Shown here piece by piece: positions 18,109 through 26,373 of a stretch of 64,000 bases of DNA. Under the pieces are notes generated by a model. That model searched no databases. It saw nothing but the letters and a program-made list of their open reading frames with translations, and was not told where the DNA came from. Numbering within the stretch: the first letter of the stretch is position 1; each line of letters starts with the position of its first letter. The translations under genes and the position numbers were made by a program. Origin of the DNA: Candidatus Woesearchaeota archaeon (GTDB lineage Archaea > Nanobdellota > Nanobdellia > Woesearchaeales > BS150m-G63); contig JADHVD010000004.1 in assembly GCA_016784165.1 (NCBI GenBank), forward strand, positions 11,624 through 75,623, written 5' to 3'.

Positions 18109-18921
18109 ATGAAATCAAAAAAAGCAATGATATTCAACATATCTTTAGTAGTTATCACCATAGTTGTACTTACAACAGCATTCATTGCAATAAATAATAA
18201 GATAGAAAAAACAAAAAACCAAGAAAAAATAGGAACAAAACAATACAAATTAATCACAACATACCAAGAATTAGAAAAAGTACAATTCTATTTAGAACAA
18301 TCAATGAAATATGCAACACCAAGAATTATAGAAAGAATAAAAGATCAAGGAAACAATATCTGTCGTCCAAGTTATGAAGAAAATGTAGCAGAAATTCTAG
18401 AAAATGAGTTAAAAACATGGATAACAAGATATCCAGATAAAAATATAAACTTCCTCCTTTCAGATATCTATGAAATCTCAATAATAGACAACGGCCAAAC
18501 TTTAATAGCATCAGCTAAAAAAGACACCACAATCCAAATGCCTACCGGAAATTATTCAATAAAACCTTCATTCAGTGCCAAATTCAATCATCAAACACTT
18601 AATTGTACAGTACCGCAACCAATAACCTCTCAAACACCACTACCTAATACACCAAGATGTTATAATTTAGATTTTAGTATATCTCAAACTACAGTAAAAT
18701 ACCAATACAGCAGAACTGATAATTGTTGGAAGAGGAATGGGCACAAAGGATTTGGACTCTGGACTGGATGGGATTGCATAAATATAGATAACTCAGGATG
18801 GTTTGCTAATTATGCCCAAAAACACATCCTAATTGCTAATGAACTTCAAAACAAAGACGAAAGGCAAGGGATGTATTATTTACAAGATTATTATTCTACC
18901 CAAACAGTTTCATGTAATTGA
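18109..18921 (+). CDS. Class III signal peptide (pilin-like) protein; last gene of the array
   Basis: ATG at 18109. MKSKKAM|IFNISLVVITIVVLTTAFIAI. The ectodomain contains Cys. Confidence 0.55.
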   Translation: MKSKKAMIFNISLVVITIVVLTTAFIAINNKIEKTKNQEKIGTKQYKLITTYQELEKVQFYLEQSMKYATPRIIERIKDQGNNICRPSYEENVAEILENELKTWITRYPDKNINFLLSDIYEISIIDNGQTLIASAKKDTTIQMPTGNYSIKPSFSAKFNHQTLNCTVPQPITSQTPLPNTPRCYNLDFSISQTTVKYQYSRTDNCWKRNGHKGFGLWTGWDCINIDNSGWFANYAQKHILIANELQNKDERQGMYYLQDYYSTQTVSCN

Positions 18922-19022
18922 TAATAATAAATAACATTAAAACTAATAAAATTAAACAATCAAAACTCTATTCTTAATAATACAAAAATATAAATACAAT
19001 AACTTAAACCAAAATCAATACA

Positions 19023-20285
19023 ATGATAAATATGCCATACCCCACAATAATTGAAAAAATAAAAGAAGGATCAGGATTATCAGAAACAGAAATAACTCAA
19101 AAAATAGATAAAAAACTCAATCAACTTTCAGGATTAATTTCAAAAGAAGGGGCAGCACATATTCTCGCAAATGAATTAGGGATAAAAATATTTGAAATAC
19201 CCAAAAACATTAAAATTAAAGATATTCTAGAAGGGATGCGTAGCATAGATATTGCAGGAAAAGTTCAACAAATTTATGAAGTAAGGGATTTTGAGACAGA
19301 AAAAGGAAAAGGAAAAGTTGGCTCATTTATGCTGGCAGATGAAACAGGTTCAATAAGGGTTGTATGTTGGTATGATCAAACAGAAACAATAGAAAAATTA
19401 TCAAAAGACTTAACAATAAGATTAGTTGGAGGATATGTAAGAACCAATAACAACAGAAAAGAGATCCACTTAAACGAAAGAAGCAAAGTTATATTCAATC
19501 CAAAAGGTGTAACAATAGGAGAAGTAAAATCATTCACATCAAGCAGAAAAAAATTATCTGAATTAACCGAAAACTCAGATAGTGTAGAAGTTTTAGCAAC
19601 AATAGTTCAAGTATTTGAGCCAAGATTTTTTGAAGTTTGTCCTGAATGTAATAGGCGAACAAAACCAAGAGAAGATGGCTTTTTCTGCGATGAACATAAT
19701 AAAGTAACTCCCACATATTCTTATGTATTAAACCTTCTTTTAGACGATGGAACAGATACAACAAGAACAATCTTCTTCAGTAAACAACTAGAGAAATTAT
19801 TAGGAAAAACAAAAGAAGAAATTTTAGAATATAAAGAAAATATCCACGAATTCGAACAAATAAAAACAGATTTATTGGGCAAAACAATCAAAGTAATTGG
19901 AAGGATAAAAAGAAATGAAATGTTCGACAGATTAGAGATAATTTCACAATTAGTTTTCACAGATATAGATCCAGAAAAAGAAATAAAAAAATTAGCAGAA
20001 GAACAACCAAACATTACAACACAAACACAAGAAACAAAAGAAGAAACCACTCCAGAAATAACAGAACCAACACAAGAAACAAAAGAAGAAACAAAAGAAG
20101 AAACAATTGAAGAATCACCAAAACCATTAGAAGAAGCAATAGCAACACCAGAAGAAACACAGAACATCGAACCTACAACAGAACAAACTCAAACAGAATC
20201 AGAACAAACACAAGAAACAAAAGAACCAACCCAAGAAACAAAAGAACAAACAACAGAATCTGCAACAAAACAAGATGTTGTTTAA
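19023..20285 (+). CDS. rpa: Replication protein A (archaeal RPA/RFA ssDNA-binding protein) with an acidic T/E/Q-rich tail
   Basis: N-terminal ...LSGLISKEGAAHILANELGI. OB-fold-like segments. Zinc motif CPECNRRTKPREDGFFCDEH. Tail carries TQETKEE repeats. Confidence 0.8.
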   Translation: MINMPYPTIIEKIKEGSGLSETEITQKIDKKLNQLSGLISKEGAAHILANELGIKIFEIPKNIKIKDILEGMRSIDIAGKVQQIYEVRDFETEKGKGKVGSFMLADETGSIRVVCWYDQTETIEKLSKDLTIRLVGGYVRTNNNRKEIHLNERSKVIFNPKGVTIGEVKSFTSSRKKLSELTENSDSVEVLATIVQVFEPRFFEVCPECNRRTKPREDGFFCDEHNKVTPTYSYVLNLLLDDGTDTTRTIFFSKQLEKLLGKTKEEILEYKENIHEFEQIKTDLLGKTIKVIGRIKRNEMFDRLEIISQLVFTDIDPEKEIKKLAEEQPNITTQTQETKEETTPEITEPTQETKEETKEETIEESPKPLEEAIATPEETQNIEPTTEQTQTESEQTQETKEPTQETKEQTTESATKQDVV

Positions 20286-20757
20286 GACTCACATAGCGTT
20301 TACATTATTAATTTCTTTATACATTTTTCCATATTTCACCACCCACCCAATATTTTCCATTCTAATCATGACCCTCTCATCAATTCTCCCAGATTTAGAT
20401 ACAATCAACTCAAAAATATCTGGAATAAACCCCTTAAGAAAACTAACTAAATATATTTTCAAACACAGGGGAATGCTACATTCCTTCTTTACCCCAATCC
20501 TCATGTACTTAATAATTTACATAATTCATAAACAAATAGCATTATTAATTTTAATAGGATACTCTTCACACCTCATTCTAGATTCTTTTACAAAACAGGG
20601 AATAAAACCATTTTATCCACTTTCAAACATAAAATTTAAGGGAAACACAACCACAAATAGCATAATAGAAAAATTATTATTCTGGATAATAACAATTTTA
20701 ATCCTATTAAAATTCTTCACTCCCCACTGGACATTTGTGCGTAAGCTATTTAAATAA
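20275..20757 (+). CDS. Membrane-bound metal-dependent hydrolase, YdjM/DUF457-like
   Basis: Four or five TM helices. Motifs LPDLD, HRGMLHS and SHLILDSFTKQGIKPFYP. Confidence 0.65.
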   Translation: MLFKTHIAFTLLISLYIFPYFTTHPIFSILIMTLSSILPDLDTINSKISGINPLRKLTKYIFKHRGMLHSFFTPILMYLIIYIIHKQIALLILIGYSSHLILDSFTKQGIKPFYPLSNIKFKGNTTTNSIIEKLLFWIITILILLKFFTPHWTFVRKLFK

Positions 20758-20885
20758 ATCCAACTTTATACTATTTAGCTGTTAGAAAACAGCGAACTCC
20801 GCTCCCTGGGGCCACGATACACATCGCGAGCCCATAATTAAGGGGGGTATGAAATAAAATGCGAATAGCAATGGAGGTGGTTTAG

Positions 20886-21188
20886 ATGGAAAAATCTGAA
20901 ACCCCAAACAACGCACCAGAAAAAAAATTCAGTACTGGTGTAGTAAGTGCTACAATCTGGAAAAACTCCGGCACATCAAAAAAAGGAGAACCAGTAGAAT
21001 TCAGAACGATTTCTTTACAGAGACGTTACACTGACAAAGAAGGAAATTGGCAATCAACCAATTCTTTAAGGATTAATGATCTGCCAAAGGCAACTCTTGT
21101 CTTGAACAAAGCATACGAATATATTGTTCTAAAAGAACAAGCAGATTCTTCAGATACCAATGAAATCTCTGAAGAAATTGTATATTAA
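20886..21188 (+). CDS. Small nucleic-acid-binding protein, possibly PC4/YdbC-like
   Basis: Strong SD ggaggtg. VSATIWKN...EFRTISLQRRYTDKEGNWQSTNSLRINDLPKATLVLNKAYEYI resembles the PC4-fold pattern. Acidic C-terminus. Lies between rpa and radA. Confidence 0.4.
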   Translation: MEKSETPNNAPEKKFSTGVVSATIWKNSGTSKKGEPVEFRTISLQRRYTDKEGNWQSTNSLRINDLPKATLVLNKAYEYIVLKEQADSSDTNEISEEIVY

Positions 21189-21282
21189 TTGAAAAAATGA
21201 GTGCTTATCATATAAGAATTTCCGGAAAATCTCCCTAAATTCATTTAAAGATAAGCACCATTTATTATTTTAGGTGATAATC

Positions 21283-22284
21283 ATGGAAAAACAAGAAAAA
21301 GAACAACTAACCCCAGAATCAAAACTAGAATTAAAAACACCCAAAAAGAAAAAAGAGATAGACATTTTAGATCTCCCAGGTGTTGGAGCAGCAACAGCAG
21401 AGAAATTAAAAAATTTTGGATTTACAACTTTAATGTCAATTGCAGTAGCTTCCCCAGGACAACTTATGGAAGTCTCTGGATTAACAGAAAGTGCAGCAAG
21501 AAAAACAATCCATTTCGCAAGAAATGCAATGGATATGGGTTTTGAATCCGGAAGCGATTTATTGGAAAGAAGGTCTAAAGTACACAAAATAAATGTAGGT
21601 TCAGAATCCTTTAATGAATTAATGGGTGGCGGTTTTGAATCTGGAGTCATAACAGAGTGTTTTGGAGAATATGGTTCTGGAAAAACTCAAATAGCTCATT
21701 TATTAGCTGTAAATGTACAAAAACAAATTCCAGGGGCAGAAGCAGTTTATATAGACACAGAAAACACATTTAGGCCAGAAAGAATAATCCAATTAGCAGA
21801 AGGAGCAGGAATGAATCCTGAAAAAGCGTTAAAGAATGTTAAAGTTGCCAGGGCATATAATTCAGATCACCAGTTATTACTTGCAGAAAAAGTAGAGGAT
21901 ATGCTTAAAGAAGATGGAGGAAAAATAAAAGTAGTGATAATAGACTCATTAACCTCTCATTTTAGGGCAGAATTTATTGGAAGGGGAACTTTGGCAGAAA
22001 GGCAACAGAAACTTAACAAACACATGCACACCCTCTTAAAAATTGCAGATGTTTACAATGTTTTAGTTTATGTAACTAACCAAGTTATGTCCAAGCCAGA
22101 CACTTTTTTCGGAGATCCAACACAAGCTATTGGTGGACACGTAGTCGCACATTCATCTGCGTTCAGGATTTATCTGAGAAAAGGTAAAAAAGGGAGCAGA
22201 GTAGCAAAACTTGTAGATTCTCCAAATTTACCTGATGGCGAGTGCAATTTCATGGTAGAGACAGGAGGCTTAAGAGACCTCTAA
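21283..22284 (+). CDS. radA: DNA repair and recombination protein RadA
   Basis: ATG at 21283 follows SD aggtga; the track start at 21274 is GTG. HhH LDLPGVGAATAEKL. Walker A GEYGSGKTQ. Rad51/RadA-typical collinear sequence. Confidence 0.95.
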   Translation: MEKQEKEQLTPESKLELKTPKKKKEIDILDLPGVGAATAEKLKNFGFTTLMSIAVASPGQLMEVSGLTESAARKTIHFARNAMDMGFESGSDLLERRSKVHKINVGSESFNELMGGGFESGVITECFGEYGSGKTQIAHLLAVNVQKQIPGAEAVYIDTENTFRPERIIQLAEGAGMNPEKALKNVKVARAYNSDHQLLLAEKVEDMLKEDGGKIKVVIIDSLTSHFRAEFIGRGTLAERQQKLNKHMHTLLKIADVYNVLVYVTNQVMSKPDTFFGDPTQAIGGHVVAHSSAFRIYLRKGKKGSRVAKLVDSPNLPDGECNFMVETGGLRDL

Positions 22285-22402
22285 AACTAAATCACTTTTA
22301 TTTTTTCTTTTTTTCATTCTCTTTTTCTTTTTTTCTCTTTTATTTTTATTATCTTAAATTCTAAAAAAGCATAATTTTAAAAATACATTATTGTTTTCTT
22401 AC

Positions 22403-22423
22403 TTTAAGCACTTAGTGCTTAAA
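22403..22423. promoter_or_regulatory. Perfect 9-bp-arm palindrome tttaagcac-tta-gtgcttaaa upstream of the TRAM gene
   Basis: Read directly. It ends 24 nt before the ATG at 22448 and abuts an aaatatatta TATA-like run. Confidence 0.35.
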
Positions 22424-22447
22424 TATATTAGATAGGTGAAATAAAAT

Positions 22448-22936
22448 ATGTATGGAAATCAAGGTGGCTTTCAGCCAAGAAGTTTTGCTCCAGTTAATGT
22501 TGGAGATGAAGTAGATGTAAAGATAGAAGCAGTAGGCGATAAAGGAGATGGTATTGCAAAGATTAAGGGATTTGTATTATTTATACCTAACGCTAAAGAA
22601 GGAGAAGAAGTTAAAGTAAAAATTACCAAAGTTCTTCGAAGAGTGGGATTTGCAGAAGTAGTTGGAGCAGGATCTGTACCAGCTGAAGAAGCACCAGCTG
22701 AAGAAGCACCAGCTGAAGAAGCAGAAGAACCTGCATCAGAAGCAGAAGCTGAACCAAAGGAAGAAGCAGCTGAAGAAGCAGAAGAACCTGCATCAGAAGC
22801 AGAAGCTGAACCAAAGGAAGAAGCACCAGCTGAAGAAGCAGAAGAACCTGCACCAGAAGCAGAAGCTGAACCTAAATCTGAAGAAGAACCAAAAGACACA
22901 GAAGACTTTGGTGAAGACTTAGAAGAAGCAAAATAA
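22448..22936 (+). CDS. TRAM-domain protein with an acidic A/E/P repeat tail
   Basis: VNVGDEVDVKIEAVGDKGDGIAKIKGFVLFIPNAKEGEEVKVKITKVLRRVGFAEVV is a TRAM fold pattern. The tail is AEEAEEPASEAEAEPKEEA, three copies. Confidence 0.8.
   Translation: MYGNQGGFQPRSFAPVNVGDEVDVKIEAVGDKGDGIAKIKGFVLFIPNAKEGEEVKVKITKVLRRVGFAEVVGAGSVPAEEAPAEEAPAEEAEEPASEAEAEPKEEAAEEAEEPASEAEAEPKEEAPAEEAEEPAPEAEAEPKSEEEPKDTEDFGEDLEEAK
22682..22885 (+). repeat. In-frame tandem repeats: 15-bp gctgaagaagcacca x2, then a 57/60/57-bp unit x3
   Basis: Units at 22712-22768, 22769-22828 and 22829-22885 are nearly identical in sequence. Confidence 0.9.
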
Positions 22937-22986
22937 ATCAATTTCTTCATTTTATTTCTTCATTTTATTTGTTGAAATGAAGAGCT

Positions 22987-23016
22987 AAGAGATTTTTAAA
23001 ATCTCTTTGTTTTTTT
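22987..23016 (+). terminator. Hairpin aagagattt-tta-aaatctctt followed by a T-run
   Basis: Perfect 9-bp inverted repeat followed by tgttttttt, about 50 nt after the TRAM stop. Confidence 0.45.
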
Positions 23017-23118
23017 ATTTTATTTATTATTATAAAAACAAACAAGAAATCCAATAATCAACTTATATTCTACACTATATAAATCTTTTTATACCAATTT
23101 AGCTAAAACAATAACAAT

Positions 23119-23409
23119 ATGGAAAGTAAAACAGTAAATTTATTGGTAACACTTACAGCATTTGCATTTGTTAGTGCTTTCTTATTTACTTTTTCTTGTA
23201 CAGGAAATAATGAAACATTAACAGGTCAAGCATACACAACACAAAACACCTGTGTTTACTGTGCAGATTATTGTGGGAGCACACATACACAAGATGGCGG
23301 AACAATAATATCCTCTACATCAACAAACATTAAAGCATTAGAACAAGGATGTACAGGAGATTTTAATTGGGTACAATCAAACACAGATGTTAAATTATGT
23401 TGTAAATAA
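23119..23409 (+). CDS. Small secreted Cys-rich protein ending in CC; distant member of the small-pilin-like family or a lipoprotein
   Basis: Hydrophobic N-terminus ...AFLFTFSCTG (lipobox-like). Several Cys. C-terminus VKLCCK resembles the CC ends of the ORFs at 7961, 8252, 11861 and 12163. Confidence 0.5.
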   Translation: MESKTVNLLVTLTAFAFVSAFLFTFSCTGNNETLTGQAYTTQNTCVYCADYCGSTHTQDGGTIISSTSTNIKALEQGCTGDFNWVQSNTDVKLCCK

Positions 23410-23532
23410 GCAAATAAACCACAACTTTTTTAAATAAACCTAGGTATTTCTCCATTAAAACCAAAGATATTAGCTCGCTTAGCTCATATCAACGCTGCAT
23501 GAGGTTAGAAAGATTGCAGAGAGGTAATTAAT

Positions 23533-24132
23533 ATGACTGAAGAAAAATTTTTAGTAGCAAAAGATGCTTATCTGAAAGCAGGAATCCATATAGGAACAAA
23601 ATTTAAAACAAAACATATGGATAAATTTATTTATAAGACAAGACCAGATGGATTGTCAGTACTTAATTTACAAAAAATAGATGAAAGAATAAAAATAGCA
23701 GCAGATTTTATTTCACAATATGAACCAGAAGATATCTTAATTGTTAGTAGAAGGGAAAATGGTTGGAAACCAGTTAAACTTCTAAATAAATTAACAGGAA
23801 TAAAATGCTTTGCTGGAAGATACCCTCCAGGAATTTTAACAAACCTGTCTTTAGAAAATTATATGGAGACAAAAGTAATTTTAGTTATAGATCCATGGCC
23901 AGATAGAAATGCAGTAAAAGATGCAATGAGGATTGGAGTTCCAGTGGTTGCTTTATGTGACACAAATAACCAATCAAATGGTTTAGATCTAGTAATCCCA
24001 TGTAATAATAAAGGAAAGAAGAGTCTAGGAATCTTATTTTATATTCTTGCAAAAGAATTTATGAAAAATAAAGGATTAATCAAAAAAGATTCAGATTTAA
24101 AACAAACAATAGAAGATTTCACAGAGGAGTAA
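23533..24132 (+). CDS. rps2: 30S ribosomal protein uS2 (archaeal S2)
   Basis: LKAGIHIGTKFKTKHMDKFIYKTRPDGLSVLNLQKIDERI...DPWPDRNAVKDA...VPVVALCDTN. Confidence 0.9.
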   Translation: MTEEKFLVAKDAYLKAGIHIGTKFKTKHMDKFIYKTRPDGLSVLNLQKIDERIKIAADFISQYEPEDILIVSRRENGWKPVKLLNKLTGIKCFAGRYPPGILTNLSLENYMETKVILVIDPWPDRNAVKDAMRIGVPVVALCDTNNQSNGLDLVIPCNNKGKKSLGILFYILAKEFMKNKGLIKKDSDLKQTIEDFTEE

Positions 24133-24799
24133 ATCCTCTTTCTTCTATTTTAAATATAATTTCTTTTTCATCCTTTTTTATTTCTTTTTTTACTGATTTT
24201 ATTAAACTAATCCCTCTTTTATTATCTGAAAATTTTTTTAATTCCAATAAAACGCCACACCAATTCCTAAACATATTGCCGCCAACTATTTCTACTTTAT
24301 TTTTTTCTTTAAAACTATCATAAACTTGATTAGTTACTAACACTCCTGAACGACTTTTTTTAGCAATATCCCTCAAGATATTAAATTCATCATCCATTTC
24401 TTTATTAACACCATAAACATTTTCTTTAAGTGCACGCCTGTAATGAGCACCAAGAGTATCTACAATTACCAAATCAAAATCTCCTTCAGCGACAATAGAA
24501 AATAATTTTAGAAATTTTTTCTTTTGTTCATCAAATGAATCAATATTTAATACAAAAATATTTTCAATAATTTTTTCATACCCCTTACCAACCAATTGTT
24601 TTATTCTTTCAACAGAAAATCCTTTTTCAGTATCTACAAACAAAACTTTTTTACCTTTTTTAGCAATAACCAAAACAGCTAAAAAACAAGCAGTAGTTTT
24701 TCCAGATGCAGCTGGACCATAAATCATATTAATTTCGCTAGAATTATATCCTCCACTCAAGAGTTCATCCAATACATCGAATCCAGAAGAAAATCTCAT
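24119..24799 (-). CDS. radB: RadB-like RecA-superfamily ATPase
   Basis: SSGFDVLDELLSGGYNSSEINMIYGPAASGKTT (Walker A). Walker B VIVDTL. 226 aa with no HhH N-domain. Confidence 0.75.
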   Translation of the reverse strand: MRFSSGFDVLDELLSGGYNSSEINMIYGPAASGKTTACFLAVLVIAKKGKKVLFVDTEKGFSVERIKQLVGKGYEKIIENIFVLNIDSFDEQKKKFLKLFSIVAEGDFDLVIVDTLGAHYRRALKENVYGVNKEMDDEFNILRDIAKKSRSGVLVTNQVYDSFKEKNKVEIVGGNMFRNWCGVLLELKKFSDNKRGISLIKSVKKEIKKDEKEIIFKIEERGFTPL

Positions 24800-24891
24800 T
24801 TTAATATATTTTAAGTATGCAATCTTATAAACCTTTGCTTAATATTAAAGAAGATTAAATTTATATACCCTACCCACTTAATTCCTCACAT

Positions 24892-26373
24892 ATGAAGAAA
24901 AAAACAAAGATATTAGTGTTCATATTTTTATTAGTATTAGCTATAAGATTTTACTTTACTTTAAGCACACCAAATTTTACAGGAGACCAAGCATACCATA
25001 CATTAAGTCAGGTAAAACAGATAAGTGAAACAGGTACGCCATTATTCTACGATGATTTAAGTTATGGTGGAAGATTCACTACATTTCACCCTTTATTTTA
25101 TTATATATTGGCATTTTTTAATCTATTCCTTCCATTAAATTTAGTTGGAAAACTAATTCCAAATTTATTTGCATCTACATTAGTTATACTCATTTATATG
25201 ATATCTTTAGAAATAACTCAAAGAAAAAACATCTCTTTAATCACAGCATTTATTGCAGGATTTATCCCTTTATTCTTCAAACAAACAATCAATAACATAT
25301 CAGTTTATTCATTGGCAATACCACTTATATTCCTTTCTTTATTTGCACTGATGAACATAAATAAAAGTAAAAATTATGTATATTTATTTCTTTCATCTTT
25401 AATTCTTTTAATGTTAACACACGCCAGTTCTTTCTTATTAATATTGAGTTTGCTAATTTACCTTACATTAATAAAAGCAATAAATTTACATCAAAGCAAA
25501 TTAGAATTAGAACTTATATTATTTTCTTCATTTATAGTTATTTGGTTCCTTTTAATTTTGTTCAAAAACGCATTCCTCATTCACGGATATTATACAATAT
25601 GGCAAAACGCACCAGAAAAAATATTATCACATTACTTTTTTGATATAAATATACTGGAAGCAATTTATGCAATAGGGATAATTCCATTCATTTTTGGAAT
25701 TTATATAATCTATAAATACATTTTTAAAAAAAGAAAAAGAGCAATATATATTTTTACAGGAACAACAGCTGCATCATTTTTTCTTATTTGGTTTAAATTA
25801 CTCAAACCTTCAGAAAGTTTAATACTTCTTGGACTTTCATTAGTGATTCTTTCAAGTCAATATTACAAAGACTTTTCAGTTTTTATCTTAAAAACAAAAA
25901 TCCCACATAAAAAAATATATCTTTTTAGTTTAATGGTAATTTTAATTTTAACTTCATTTTTACCTTCTCTTTCCTACGCCAATAAGGAAATATCCAATGC
26001 TTTAACAACACAAGAACTAGAAGCATTAAATTGGATTCAAGAAAATACTCCAGAAGATTCAACAATCATTTCCTCATATAAAGAAGGGCATTTAATAACA
26101 TCAATTTCAGAAAGAAAAAATTTTTTAGATCAAAATTTTTTATTAATCAAAGATATTAATCAAAGATTCGAAGCACACGAAATAATCTATACTTCTAAAT
26201 TCTCAACAAATTCAATAAGATTATTGACAAAATATAATATTAATTATATTTATTTCTCACCAAAATCAAAATCAATTTTTAACATAAAAGAAATAACATA
26301 CGCAAACAAAGAATGCTTTCCATTAGTATATGATAAAGAAATTAAGATATATAAAGTAAATTGTGTGATATAA
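24892..26373 (+). CDS. GT-C fold polytopic membrane glycosyltransferase (STT3/AglB-like layout, degenerate WWDYG position)
   Basis: At least 11 TM helices. The C-terminal soluble part LNWIQENTPEDSTIISSYKEGHLITSISERKNFLDQ...LLTKYNINYIYF is collinear with the STT3 region around WWDYG. Confidence 0.55.
   Translation: MKKKTKILVFIFLLVLAIRFYFTLSTPNFTGDQAYHTLSQVKQISETGTPLFYDDLSYGGRFTTFHPLFYYILAFFNLFLPLNLVGKLIPNLFASTLVILIYMISLEITQRKNISLITAFIAGFIPLFFKQTINNISVYSLAIPLIFLSLFALMNINKSKNYVYLFLSSLILLMLTHASSFLLILSLLIYLTLIKAINLHQSKLELELILFSSFIVIWFLLILFKNAFLIHGYYTIWQNAPEKILSHYFFDINILEAIYAIGIIPFIFGIYIIYKYIFKKRKRAIYIFTGTTAASFFLIWFKLLKPSESLILLGLSLVILSSQYYKDFSVFILKTKIPHKKIYLFSLMVILILTSFLPSLSYANKEISNALTTQELEALNWIQENTPEDSTIISSYKEGHLITSISERKNFLDQNFLLIKDINQRFEAHEIIYTSKFSTNSIRLLTKYNINYIYFSPKSKSIFNIKEITYANKECFPLVYDKEIKIYKVNCVI

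Noticed and set aside
19721-20167. 148-aa antisense ORF over the RPA acidic tail, and similarly 21270-21650 antisense to radA
   Set aside because: These are mirror frames of A/G-rich coding sequence. The sense genes are unambiguous.
22471-22950. 159-aa minus-strand ORF plus the 22623-22853 (-) and 22662-22922 (+) ORFs overlapping the TRAM gene
   Set aside because: All lie within the GAA/GCA-rich tandem repeat. Their translations are pure low complexity (S/A/G or L/Q/K runs). The TRAM frame has a recognisable domain and an SD. These are frame artefacts of the repeat.
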